A stretch of DNA of 64,000 nt from Prevotella sp. (lineage in GTDB: Bacteria > Bacteroidota > Bacteroidia > Bacteroidales > Dysgonomonadaceae): assembly GCA_031285625.1 (NCBI GenBank), contig JAITVV010000063.1, forward strand, positions 1 through 64,000, in the 5' to 3' direction. Position 1 is the first letter of the stretch. Each line of letters starts with the position of its first letter. The position numbers were made by a program, and so were the translations under genes. A model generated the notes under the pieces. The model worked only from the letters and a program-made list of their open reading frames with translations, was not told where the DNA came from and did not search any database. Positions 1-7,907 of the stretch are shown piece after piece.

Positions 1-83
1 TGTATTTGTTATTATTTTATATATCAATAACTTATGTAATATATAAAAAAGAATAAGAATAGAAGAAAATGAATGTTTTATTT

Positions 84-125
84 CTCATAATCAGGGGGTC
101 CCTGGTTCAAGCCCAGGTGGGACCA
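84..125 (+). pseudogene. 3' half of a tRNA with CAT anticodon (Ile2- or Met-type); att-site remnant
   Basis: CTCATAA anticodon loop, TCAGG stem, CCTGG-TTCAAGC-CCAGG T-arm, TGGGACC-A acceptor 3' strand. No D-arm or 5' acceptor strand upstream (AT-rich sequence instead). Confidence 0.85.
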
Positions 126-126
126 C
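113..126 (+). repeat. att core, left copy
   Basis: Identical to 20707-20720; equals the tRNA 3' end. Confidence 0.9.
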
Positions 127-159
127 GAAAGCCGAAGCCAAAATTCGGTCAAAATTAAG

Positions 160-196
160 AAAAGCCTTCTAAATGTTTAGTTTAGAGGGCTTTTTT
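160..196 (+). terminator. Hairpin/terminator after the att site
   Basis: AAAAGCCTTCTAAA-TGTTTAG-TTTAGAGGGCTTTTTT inverted repeat with T-tract. Confidence 0.7.
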
Positions 197-260
197 AGTT
201 TTTATACGCTTCTGATTAGTCATCATTCGAACCCGAAAAAGCCAATCTAAAGTCAAAAAC

Positions 261-304
261 CGTTACTAAAACATTACTATTTTTGGAAGCTATTTTTAGT
301 AATG
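261..304. promoter_or_regulatory. Putative integrase arm-type sites, left end
   Basis: CGTTACT-AAAA-CATTACT tandem plus inverted AGTAATG at 298-304; same layout at 20627-20661. Confidence 0.65.
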
Positions 305-405
305 GATTGCGTTGTAAATATCTAATTTACTATCTGTTGTCATAAGGTTGGCTGTCATTCTTCAAAAAGAAAAAACAAAAATTTGTAATTAAAATTTGAA
401 GAATT

Positions 406-1614
406 ATGAAGTCAACATTCCGTACATTATTCTATGTGAGAAAGAATCAGCCTAAAAAGAATGGTAAATATGCTATTATGGCAAAAATTACTATAAACAC
501 GAAAGTAGCTCAACTCGGAACAAAGTTGGAGATTGCTTTGGGGAATTGGGATGCAAAAGCGGATAAAGCGATTGGTCGTACAAATGAAGTAGCAGAAATT
601 AACAGGGCTCTACACGGTTTATCTTCAAAGATTACCAAAGCTTATAATCGGAGGATGGATGAAAACGGATATGCTTTTCCCGATGAAATAAAAAATGATG
701 TACTAGGATTTGAAGCATCAACTAAGACACTAATCAGTTATTTTACGGAGCATAATAACCAATACAAAATGAAAGTCGGTAAACATACTACTCATAAAAC
801 ATACACCAGATATGAACTTGCTAAAACCCGACTCATTGAATACATGAAAGAAAAACATGGGATTGAAGATATATCTATCAGAGAACTAAACGTTGCATTC
901 ATCGAAAACTTTTACCTGTACCTTATGGATAAATGCGATCTCCATAGTAATACAGCTATGAAGTGTGTACAACGATTCAGACGGGTTATTAATTTTATCA
1001 AAGCTACAGGAGAATCAATAAATGATCCATTTATCAATTTTAGAATCCGATTTCAAGAAACTGACAGGGAAGTTTTGACACAAGATGAGATAGATAGAAT
1101 CTGGAAAAAGAATTTCAGGACTCCTAAACTAAATACCGTTCGTGATATATTTATATTCAGTGTATATACCGGACTAGCCTACGTTGATGTATCCAGTCTG
1201 ATGGAAACCAGCGTACAGAAAGCTTTTGACGGAAATTTATGGATAATGATTAAAAGAACAAAAACGAATGTCAATTCAAACATCCGCTTATTGGATATCC
1301 CTAAACAGATTTTAGAAAAGTATAAAGGGAAACAAAAGGATGGGAAATTATTACCAGTTATATCCAATCAGAAGATAAATGAATACTTGAAAGATATAGG
1401 AGAATTATGCGGTATAGATAAACCTCTTTCATTCCATGTTGCCAGGCATTCGTTTGCTACGACAATAGCCCTGTCCAATGGAGTTCCTATCGAAACGGTA
1501 TCAAAGATGTTAGGGCATCGTAGTATTCGTACTACTCAGATATATGCTAAAATCACAGATTTAAAAATAAGCAAGGATATGAATGATTTGGCGAGAAGGA
1601 TTGATAGAAGATAG
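406..1614 (+). CDS. Site-specific tyrosine integrase, Bacteroidetes IntDOT/NBU-like
   Basis: N-terminal arm-binding domain, SAM-like core, YTGLAYVD, HVARHSFAT and LGHRSIRTTQIY motifs. Confidence 0.95.
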   Translation: MKSTFRTLFYVRKNQPKKNGKYAIMAKITINTKVAQLGTKLEIALGNWDAKADKAIGRTNEVAEINRALHGLSSKITKAYNRRMDENGYAFPDEIKNDVLGFEASTKTLISYFTEHNNQYKMKVGKHTTHKTYTRYELAKTRLIEYMKEKHGIEDISIRELNVAFIENFYLYLMDKCDLHSNTAMKCVQRFRRVINFIKATGESINDPFINFRIRFQETDREVLTQDEIDRIWKKNFRTPKLNTVRDIFIFSVYTGLAYVDVSSLMETSVQKAFDGNLWIMIKRTKTNVNSNIRLLDIPKQILEKYKGKQKDGKLLPVISNQKINEYLKDIGELCGIDKPLSFHVARHSFATTIALSNGVPIETVSKMLGHRSIRTTQIYAKITDLKISKDMNDLARRIDRR

Positions 1615-1650
1615 AAGGATAGATATCCAATCATAATATAGCAAAATTAG

Positions 1651-1677
1651 AGAGGTTGATTTTCAGCCTCTTTTTTT
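1651..1677 (+). terminator. Rho-independent terminator of the integrase gene
   Basis: AGAGGTTGA-TTT-TCAGCCTCT followed by a T-tract. Confidence 0.8.
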
Positions 1678-1709
1678 ACGCCTTATTTCATCTGAACACA
1701 AAGAAATAA

Positions 1710-1812
1710 GAAAGAGAACAAAATGGCAAACTCACAGCCCTTTGGGTTTTACCGAAAATCTCCATCTTTCAGATAGTATTTTCTCAAAAAGTTTGCCTTA
1801 TTTATTCCTTTC
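1710..1812. other. Long imperfect hairpin of the type seen in conjugative-element intergenic regions
   Basis: GGCAAACT (1725-1732) pairs with AGTTTGCC (1790-1797); outer GAAAG/CTTTC and inner GAAAAT/ATTTTC stems. Confidence 0.5.
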
Positions 1813-2191
1813 CAAAAAGAGGTGTTTATCAGTTGAAAAAAGGAAAATATATTTAATACTATCTTTATATAGACAGAACTACTGATAGAATATTATATTT
1901 ATCAATATATCAGATATTCTAACTTTCGATAGATAGATTTATCTATCAAAAGTTTTATTGATATATCTATGTTACTATCGTACTTTCATTTGTTCGAAAG
2001 TACGATAAAACGAACAATCTAACAATTACATGTATATTTCCACAGATATGTTACGTTGGTACGCTCCAACATAGTAGCGTGCTAACATAACAACGGCAAA
2101 ACATCATTTTTTAAGCTTCCATTTTTTTACATGGTAGTGGTTGGCACTGGTTGGCCATAGTCTAAAACTATATTATCCAACATTCAGATTC

Positions 2192-2199
2192 TAATTTTG
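2192..2199 (+). promoter_or_regulatory. Bacteroidetes -7 promoter element upstream of mobA
   Basis: TAATTTTG matches TAnnTTTG. Confidence 0.55.
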
Positions 2200-2212
2200 C
2201 AAAGTGGATTTT

Positions 2213-2332
2213 AATGCACGTCAGTGCATGGCAAGGTATGTTTTGAGTACACTCAAAACGTTTTAAGTGCCTTAAAACACCTTGCCCACTCCTCTGAAAG
2301 TCGGGGGAAATTAACTCCGGAGTCGTCAATTT
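2213..2332. other. Putative oriT region (multi-hairpin structure upstream of mobA)
   Basis: Outer stem GGCAAGGT/ACCTTGCC encloses GTTTTGAGT-AC-ACTCAAAAC and GTTTTAAG-TGC-CTTAAAAC hairpins; position just upstream of mobA as in CTnDOT-type elements. Confidence 0.6.
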
Positions 2333-2361
2333 TTGTAAAACAATAAAAACAGCTAAAGTTT

Positions 2362-2802
2362 ATGGAAAGTAACAATCAAAGAAAATGGAAAAAGGGAGGA
2401 CGAAAACCAAAGATAGATCCTGCGGTTTATCGGTATTCTATTAGTTTTAATTCAGAGGAAAATACAAAATTCCTATCCTTATGCGAGCAATCTGGAGCTA
2501 AAAACAAAGCTTATTTTATCACATCCTGTATTTTCAATAGGACATTGCGAGTCGTAAGAATAGACAAAAATCTACATGATTACTATATGAGATTAACAAC
2601 TTTCTTTGGCGAATATAGGGCAGTTGAGGTTAATTATAATCAGGTAGTGAAAGCTTTAAATTCTAATTTTTCAGAAAAAAAAGCGATGGCTTTACTGTAC
2701 AAGTTAGAACAGGCTACCATCAAATTGGTGCAAATTCAGCAAAAGGCTATTGAACTTACAAAGGAATTTGGCGAGAAGTATTTAATAATGAGACAGAAAT
2801 GA
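2362..2802 (+). CDS. mobA: Conjugal transfer relaxosome accessory protein MobA (CTnDOT-type, RHH)
   Basis: KGGRKPKIDPAVYRYSISFN, YYMRLTTFFGEY, VNYNQVVKAL and FSEKKAMALLYKLE are characteristic motifs. Confidence 0.85.
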   Translation: MESNNQRKWKKGGRKPKIDPAVYRYSISFNSEENTKFLSLCEQSGAKNKAYFITSCIFNRTLRVVRIDKNLHDYYMRLTTFFGEYRAVEVNYNQVVKALNSNFSEKKAMALLYKLEQATIKLVQIQQKAIELTKEFGEKYLIMRQK

Positions 2803-2830
2803 TGATGAATTAAAGTATAGCAAGCGAACT

Positions 2831-2975
2831 AAAAAAGCATGGATGCATTATCTCCAGCAATAGGGGTACTGGTATACCTTACGAACAAGAGTAATGCTCC
2901 ATGCTTTATGTGCATGGACATTATTTCCTTTTCTTTTGTTCGTGAATTTTAAATTACCAGTTTTCTATTCGCTAA
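2831..2975 (-). ncRNA. Candidate structured RNA (attenuator or antisense switch)
   Basis: Long stem 2834-2853/2889-2907, competing GCATGGA copy at 2912-2918, three segments at 2936-2973 complementary to the loop, U6 tail on the minus strand. Confidence 0.5.
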
Positions 2976-2998
2976 AGAAAATGAAATACAATGATCTA

Positions 2999-3632
2999 CT
3001 ATTTATCTTTTCCTCTTATTTTTTTCTTTTTAAAAATACCGTTATCCATATTATCCATTCTTTCGTTTAACTTTTCTATCATTTCATCAAGAAAGAGAGT
3101 ACGGCTTCCCACTCGTCGACGGATGGCCCTAAAGGTATCGTAACTGTCTTTTACCTCAAAGGAGAATAACTCACAAAGTCTTTCAATTAATAAATTGATA
3201 TCGATATCTCCATTCTCGAATTTCTTGGTTTCCAAAGCTCCGTATGCAAATTCTACTAAATCAGCTGCTGTTCCGGTCCAATGGATATTTGTTTTTGCCT
3301 TTTCTTCTTTTGAATTCCTTTGTTTGCTATTATTTTGTAATTGCCATTGTAAAATTCTTAGTTCAATATCAATGAGAGAGATTGCCTTGATTGTATATTT
3401 TAAGGCATTTTTTTTCCTCCTTATCGGATAACCCGTCTTGTATTCCGACAAGTTCCAAACGTACAAAACCAAGATTGTAATAGAGTTTTGTAATGTTTGT
3501 TTCAGTTTGTAATTTGTCTAAAAGTTTTACCGAAAATTCTTCATAAACTTCTGTTAACTCTGTTAATAAATCTTCTCCTTTAGAGGTTTTTGCTAATAGT
3601 AAAAATAACCTTGAACTCATTAATTGTTTCAT
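2999..3632 (-). CDS. rteC: RteC-family regulator split by a frameshift at an A8 tract (3408-3415); fused product ~210 aa
   Basis: Downstream frame has the RteC signature (WTGTAADLVEFAYGAL...IRRRVGSRTLFLDEM). The upstream 87-aa ORF overlaps it across GGAGGAAAAAAAATG; removing one A fuses them. Confidence 0.75.
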
Positions 3633-3657
3633 AATCTTATAGTGTTATTTAATGAAT

Positions 3658-3687
3658 ATACAGAAACGATTTTTATCGTTTCTGTAT
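3658..3687. repeat. Perfect 13-bp inverted repeat (terminator or operator) upstream of rteC
   Basis: ATACAGAAACGAT-TTTT-ATCGTTTCTGTAT. Confidence 0.7.
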
Positions 3688-3796
3688 CAATTATTCAAAC
3701 TAGAAACAATCTCATATTTGCATTATCAGAGTTTATCCTCTTATTTTATAAATACCAGATAGGTCTTACGAATATGTCAATATTAACATGTACACT

Positions 3797-5185
3797 TTAT
3801 TGAGCGAATTTCAATCCTTGAATTTTATTCCATCCTCCTCTGGTAAAATCAGGTATTTCTACAGGAGCAGAATTATTATCGAGAGAAATCTCTGTTAGTG
3901 GAATCAGGCAACACCACTCTGCCAGATCATATACATCCATATCAAGCGGTAAGCCTTTTTGCAAACAATAGATCAGTCGGTAGTCCATGATAAAATCCAT
4001 GCCTCCATGTCCGCCCACTTGTTTGGCTTGTTCTTCTATATCTTTTATTATCGGATGTTTGTACTTCTCCATCAAGGCCTTGCGTACTTCATCCGGAATA
4101 AACTCATGAGTAGTCAAATTCTCATGGTTTTTAGTCAATACCGCGTCCAGCATTTCACTACCCAATGCATAACCTTCCACCGGATATTTATTGGCAAATC
4201 CTTTAGTGCCTGTTAATTGGTACATGCGGTTATAGGGGCGTGGAGAAGTTACATTATGCTCTATCAGGATGGACTTTCCTCTCTCTGTACTGATCAGAGT
4301 GCTGGTATGGTCTCCATTACGGAAATCTTTTACATCTTCTCCTCTTTTCTCTTTCAGGTACTGTGGATTTCCAATGGCTTTGGTGTCCACAGAAACCAGA
4401 TAGTTCAGTTTATCGCCTCGGTGTATATTCATTACCTGACAAACGGGTCCTAATCCGTGGGTCGGATACACATCACCACGGTGTTCTTTATTAAAGTCCA
4501 TACGCCAATCGTTCCAATACTCATCCCAATAAGGTTGAAGCCCATGTATGTAAGCTCCTTCCGCGTGTACTAATTCTCCTAATAGGCCTTGCTGAACTAT
4601 ATTTAATGTTGTGAGTTCAAAAAAGTCATATACACAGTTTTCAAGTTGCATACAATGTTTACGGGTTTGTTCGGATGTATTGATCAAATCCCATATTTCG
4701 CCCATAGTCATAGCTGCCGGCACCTCGATAGCTACATGTTTTCCATCTTTCATAGCCTGCACTCCCATCATAGCATGACTTTGCCAGCCGGTAGCGATAT
4801 AAACGAGGTCTACATCGGGAAGGGCAGTAACCTTACGCCAGACTGCCGTATCTCCGTAAAATTCCCGGGCTTTGGGTAATCCTTTTTCTTCCAGTATTTT
4901 ATTTACTTTCTCTGTGTTTTTCTGTTCCACATCGCACAGGGCTACAATCTCCACTCCCGGGATATGTATAATGCGTTGGACAGCACCGGGCCCACGCATC
5001 CCCAATCCGATGAAAGCAATACGTACAGTCGGTAACGGGGTGGTTTTAAGTTCCAGGACGTCTGTTTGTCCTGCCGGACGTTCAGGTACAGGTGTTTTAA
5101 TTAGACTTGATTGTTCTTTCTGCTGTTGGTTATTACAACTGAATAATAACAAACAGGTGGAAAATAAGATGATAAGTTTTCTCAT
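3797..5185 (-). CDS. GH109 NAD+-dependent alpha-N-acetylgalactosaminidase-like lipoprotein (Gfo/Idh/MocA)
   Basis: Lipobox LFSC; GLGMRG Rossmann motif; EVPAA, LENCVY, YPTHGLGP, GGHGGMD. Confidence 0.9.
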   Translation of the reverse strand: MRKLIILFSTCLLLFSCNNQQQKEQSSLIKTPVPERPAGQTDVLELKTTPLPTVRIAFIGLGMRGPGAVQRIIHIPGVEIVALCDVEQKNTEKVNKILEEKGLPKAREFYGDTAVWRKVTALPDVDLVYIATGWQSHAMMGVQAMKDGKHVAIEVPAAMTMGEIWDLINTSEQTRKHCMQLENCVYDFFELTTLNIVQQGLLGELVHAEGAYIHGLQPYWDEYWNDWRMDFNKEHRGDVYPTHGLGPVCQVMNIHRGDKLNYLVSVDTKAIGNPQYLKEKRGEDVKDFRNGDHTSTLISTERGKSILIEHNVTSPRPYNRMYQLTGTKGFANKYPVEGYALGSEMLDAVLTKNHENLTTHEFIPDEVRKALMEKYKHPIIKDIEEQAKQVGGHGGMDFIMDYRLIYCLQKGLPLDMDVYDLAEWCCLIPLTEISLDNNSAPVEIPDFTRGGWNKIQGLKFAQ

Positions 5186-5197
5186 AATTTATAATTC

Positions 5198-6298
5198 TTA
5201 TATTTTATTGTTGTTGACAAATTCTTTCACAAAAGCGTACATATCACTGAAATTTTCTTCCATAGATAGTAGGAGCTTATATTGTGCATGTGCACGTACC
5301 AGATTATGGGTTTTATTTTTTACTTTATAGTAGTTATCACCATCTATAAAGTCCATAAGGAAGCGTAACACTTGCTCATAAGTTATATATTTGGCAGAAA
5401 ATGCCAGATTCTCTATTTCGGATTGGGTTAAAAAAGAAATGGCCTCAGACAGGTACCCTTCGGTGTAAGCTTTGAATATATCCATTTTCATATACACATT
5501 ATCAAGGATTTTATCATCTTCTTTTCCCGCATTGGTATATGACCGGATAGCATCGCCATAGTCATTCAGGCACATGCTGTTCAACACAGTGTCTAAATCG
5601 ATTACACATAGGACTTCTCCTTTATCATCAAATAGAATATTATTTATTTTTGTGTCATTATGAGTAACTCTTTGAGGAATTTCTCCGGATTTGAACTTGT
5701 CCCATAAGGACAGCATTTCTTCGCGCCGACTCTCTATCCAGCTTATTTCCTGCGAAACCAAAGCCTTTCTTCCGACAGGATCTTTACTCAATACTTCATC
5801 CCACTGCCGTAGACGAAATTCCATGTTATGAAAGCCGGGAAGTATATCGGATAAGGGCTCCTCCATATCAGAAAGCATAGACTGAAATCGTCCGATACCT
5901 TTACCTCCACTGAAGGCTAAATGAGGAGAATCGGCGCATTGATAACTCGTAGTATTATCAATAAAAAGACAAGCTGCCCAATACTCTACGTCTTCATCCT
6001 GATAGTATAATTTTCCATCTACAGATGGAATGATAGTCAATGTTTCCCGTAACGGGTCACCGCCTTTCTCCTCTATTTTCTTCTTTAGATGAGAACTTAC
6101 TTTATAGATATTCTCCATCATAGCAGGTACATCCTTGAAGATTGCTTTATTCTTGCATTGAAGAATATAGTTAGGACTATTTCCCTCTGTTTCTACAAAA
6201 TAGGTATCATTAATCAACCCTTCACCTTGCGGACGAATATCCTTTATGACTCCTTCAAATCTGAAATAGCCACCAATATCTTCTGGTAATGACATCAT
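5198..6298 (-). CDS. APH-fold phosphotransferase, N-acetylhexosamine 1-kinase (NahK)-like
   Basis: GEGLINDT, RVTHNDTKINN, VIDLDTV, DYGDAIRS, LRFLMDF motifs. Confidence 0.8.
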   Translation of the reverse strand: MMSLPEDIGGYFRFEGVIKDIRPQGEGLINDTYFVETEGNSPNYILQCKNKAIFKDVPAMMENIYKVSSHLKKKIEEKGGDPLRETLTIIPSVDGKLYYQDEDVEYWAACLFIDNTTSYQCADSPHLAFSGGKGIGRFQSMLSDMEEPLSDILPGFHNMEFRLRQWDEVLSKDPVGRKALVSQEISWIESRREEMLSLWDKFKSGEIPQRVTHNDTKINNILFDDKGEVLCVIDLDTVLNSMCLNDYGDAIRSYTNAGKEDDKILDNVYMKMDIFKAYTEGYLSEAISFLTQSEIENLAFSAKYITYEQVLRFLMDFIDGDNYYKVKNKTHNLVRAHAQYKLLLSMEENFSDMYAFVKEFVNNNKI

Positions 6299-6335
6299 TA
6301 GTTAAATATATTAGTTGATAAACTGTTTCTTCCGG

Positions 6336-7886
6336 TTATTGTTTTTCATAAGCTCCTTTATCGATGCCAGTCCCGACTATCCTTGTATTATTAATTAAAT
6401 CGAACTCATTTTCCGATGGTATATAGCCGGGATCTCCTGTATCTATACAAGGAGATGCAGTACCAAGTCGAAAATCGAATGATTCAATATCAGCAAACAG
6501 AGGGTCGCTAAAGGATGAAGTCAAATCGTTATTCCTAGCATTTTTATATTGGTCGAAAGACGGATAACTAATTCCTTTCCAGAAAAAATTGAAATTTGGC
6601 GTGCTACAATAGTAATTATTATACGATAATGTCAGATTATCATCCTTATCATATACATACAATATGTTTGAGTTTGAATTGGTCGAGTAAAAGATATTGT
6701 TTTTAACAATAGTATTCGATGAACTTATTATGGCGATCTCTCCCAAATATTTTTTATCTGTTGCTGTTGCATTTCCATAAGTTGTGTTATTTATTATCTG
6801 GCAATCTTTTATTACTCTACCCAGAGGGGACCATCCGGCTAAACCTATTCCAAATCCTTCATTATTGTAACATACATTATTCCTGATAATATTATTGCTT
6901 GCAGAATTGTTAATCACCTCACATCCAATAGTAATACCATACACATTGTTATGTGAAATGTTTTTCTCCACAAGAATGTTTGAACTGCCATCCAGATATA
7001 TACCTGCGCCACCTTCTACGGGACTTTTACAATATGAAACACGGTTTTCGGAAATGACACCATTCCTGGGATAATCAGTGTTAGGATCGCTTGAAATACC
7101 CCAATGTCCAGATGCATTTATACCAATATTTCCAGTATTTGTTACTATATTATTATTAACTAGAAACCCATCAACATTTCCTGTTATTCCGATCGCTTCT
7201 GTCCAGCCTGTACGACAATCCTTAATTGTATTACCTTTAATGATAATATCGTGAATAGATTTCGAAGCATGGTAACCGGCCACAGTTATTGCTCCGGCAT
7301 AAACATTTTCCGGATAAGTTATGGTACTGGTAGCGTACAGATTTCTGAAAGTATTCGATTCCACTTCGATGTGATGGGATGCTTCGTCAGAAGTGTTGGA
7401 AATTTTAAGACCTACGGTATACGAGCCCAAACAATCAGCAAAAACCAAACCTTTTATCTTCAGGTAGCTGACCCCATTCAGCAACATCAGTTGTTTTGCA
7501 GTATTATTTCCGCTTATTACTACTTCTTTATCATTGTAATTTTTAATTACAATATATTTGTCAGGAGTTCCTGATACTTTTACATTTACTTCTTCATAAT
7601 ACGTTCCTTCCATAATGTTAACTACGCATCCAGGCTCTACGGTAGTTACAGCTTTTTGGATAGTACGCCATGGAGAAGCAAGTGTTCCCGGGTTATCATC
7701 ATTGCCGGTTGTCGATACAAAGTAGTTACCCTCTTCGACAGAAGGAGATGGAGGGGTAGGAGCGGGCGGGTTAGCCGGATCTTCTCCGGCAGATGACGAC
7801 TCACAAGAAGCGAGGGCAAACATCATACCCAAACACATCAATATTTTAAAGATTTGTTTTCTTATATGTATATAATTTGTTTTCAT
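6336..7886 (-). CDS. Right-handed parallel beta-helix lipoprotein (DUF1565-like N-terminus; possible lyase or hydrolase)
   Basis: Lipobox LASC, Pro-rich linker, GNDDNPGT..PWRTIQKA, GIYLDG, Asn-rich repeats, C-terminal DFRL..SPCIDTG..IDKGAYE. Confidence 0.75.
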   Translation of the reverse strand: MKTNYIHIRKQIFKILMCLGMMFALASCESSSAGEDPANPPAPTPPSPSVEEGNYFVSTTGNDDNPGTLASPWRTIQKAVTTVEPGCVVNIMEGTYYEEVNVKVSGTPDKYIVIKNYNDKEVVISGNNTAKQLMLLNGVSYLKIKGLVFADCLGSYTVGLKISNTSDEASHHIEVESNTFRNLYATSTITYPENVYAGAITVAGYHASKSIHDIIIKGNTIKDCRTGWTEAIGITGNVDGFLVNNNIVTNTGNIGINASGHWGISSDPNTDYPRNGVISENRVSYCKSPVEGGAGIYLDGSSNILVEKNISHNNVYGITIGCEVINNSASNNIIRNNVCYNNEGFGIGLAGWSPLGRVIKDCQIINNTTYGNATATDKKYLGEIAIISSSNTIVKNNIFYSTNSNSNILYVYDKDDNLTLSYNNYYCSTPNFNFFWKGISYPSFDQYKNARNNDLTSSFSDPLFADIESFDFRLGTASPCIDTGDPGYIPSENEFDLINNTRIVGTGIDKGAYEKQ

Positions 7887-7907
7887 GATACTCTAATAAA
7901 AAATGAT

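Noticed and set aside
50-126. Complete tRNA gene
   Set aside because: The 5' acceptor strand and D-arm are absent; only the 3' half is present.
1880-2160. CRISPR array or iteron-type replication origin
   Set aside because: No constant-length repeat-spacer units, no cas or rep gene; the repeats are short and degenerate.
5198-6298. Aminoglycoside resistance kinase on a mobile element
   Set aside because: Motifs and position next to GH109 fit the NahK-like sugar kinase subgroup of the APH fold.
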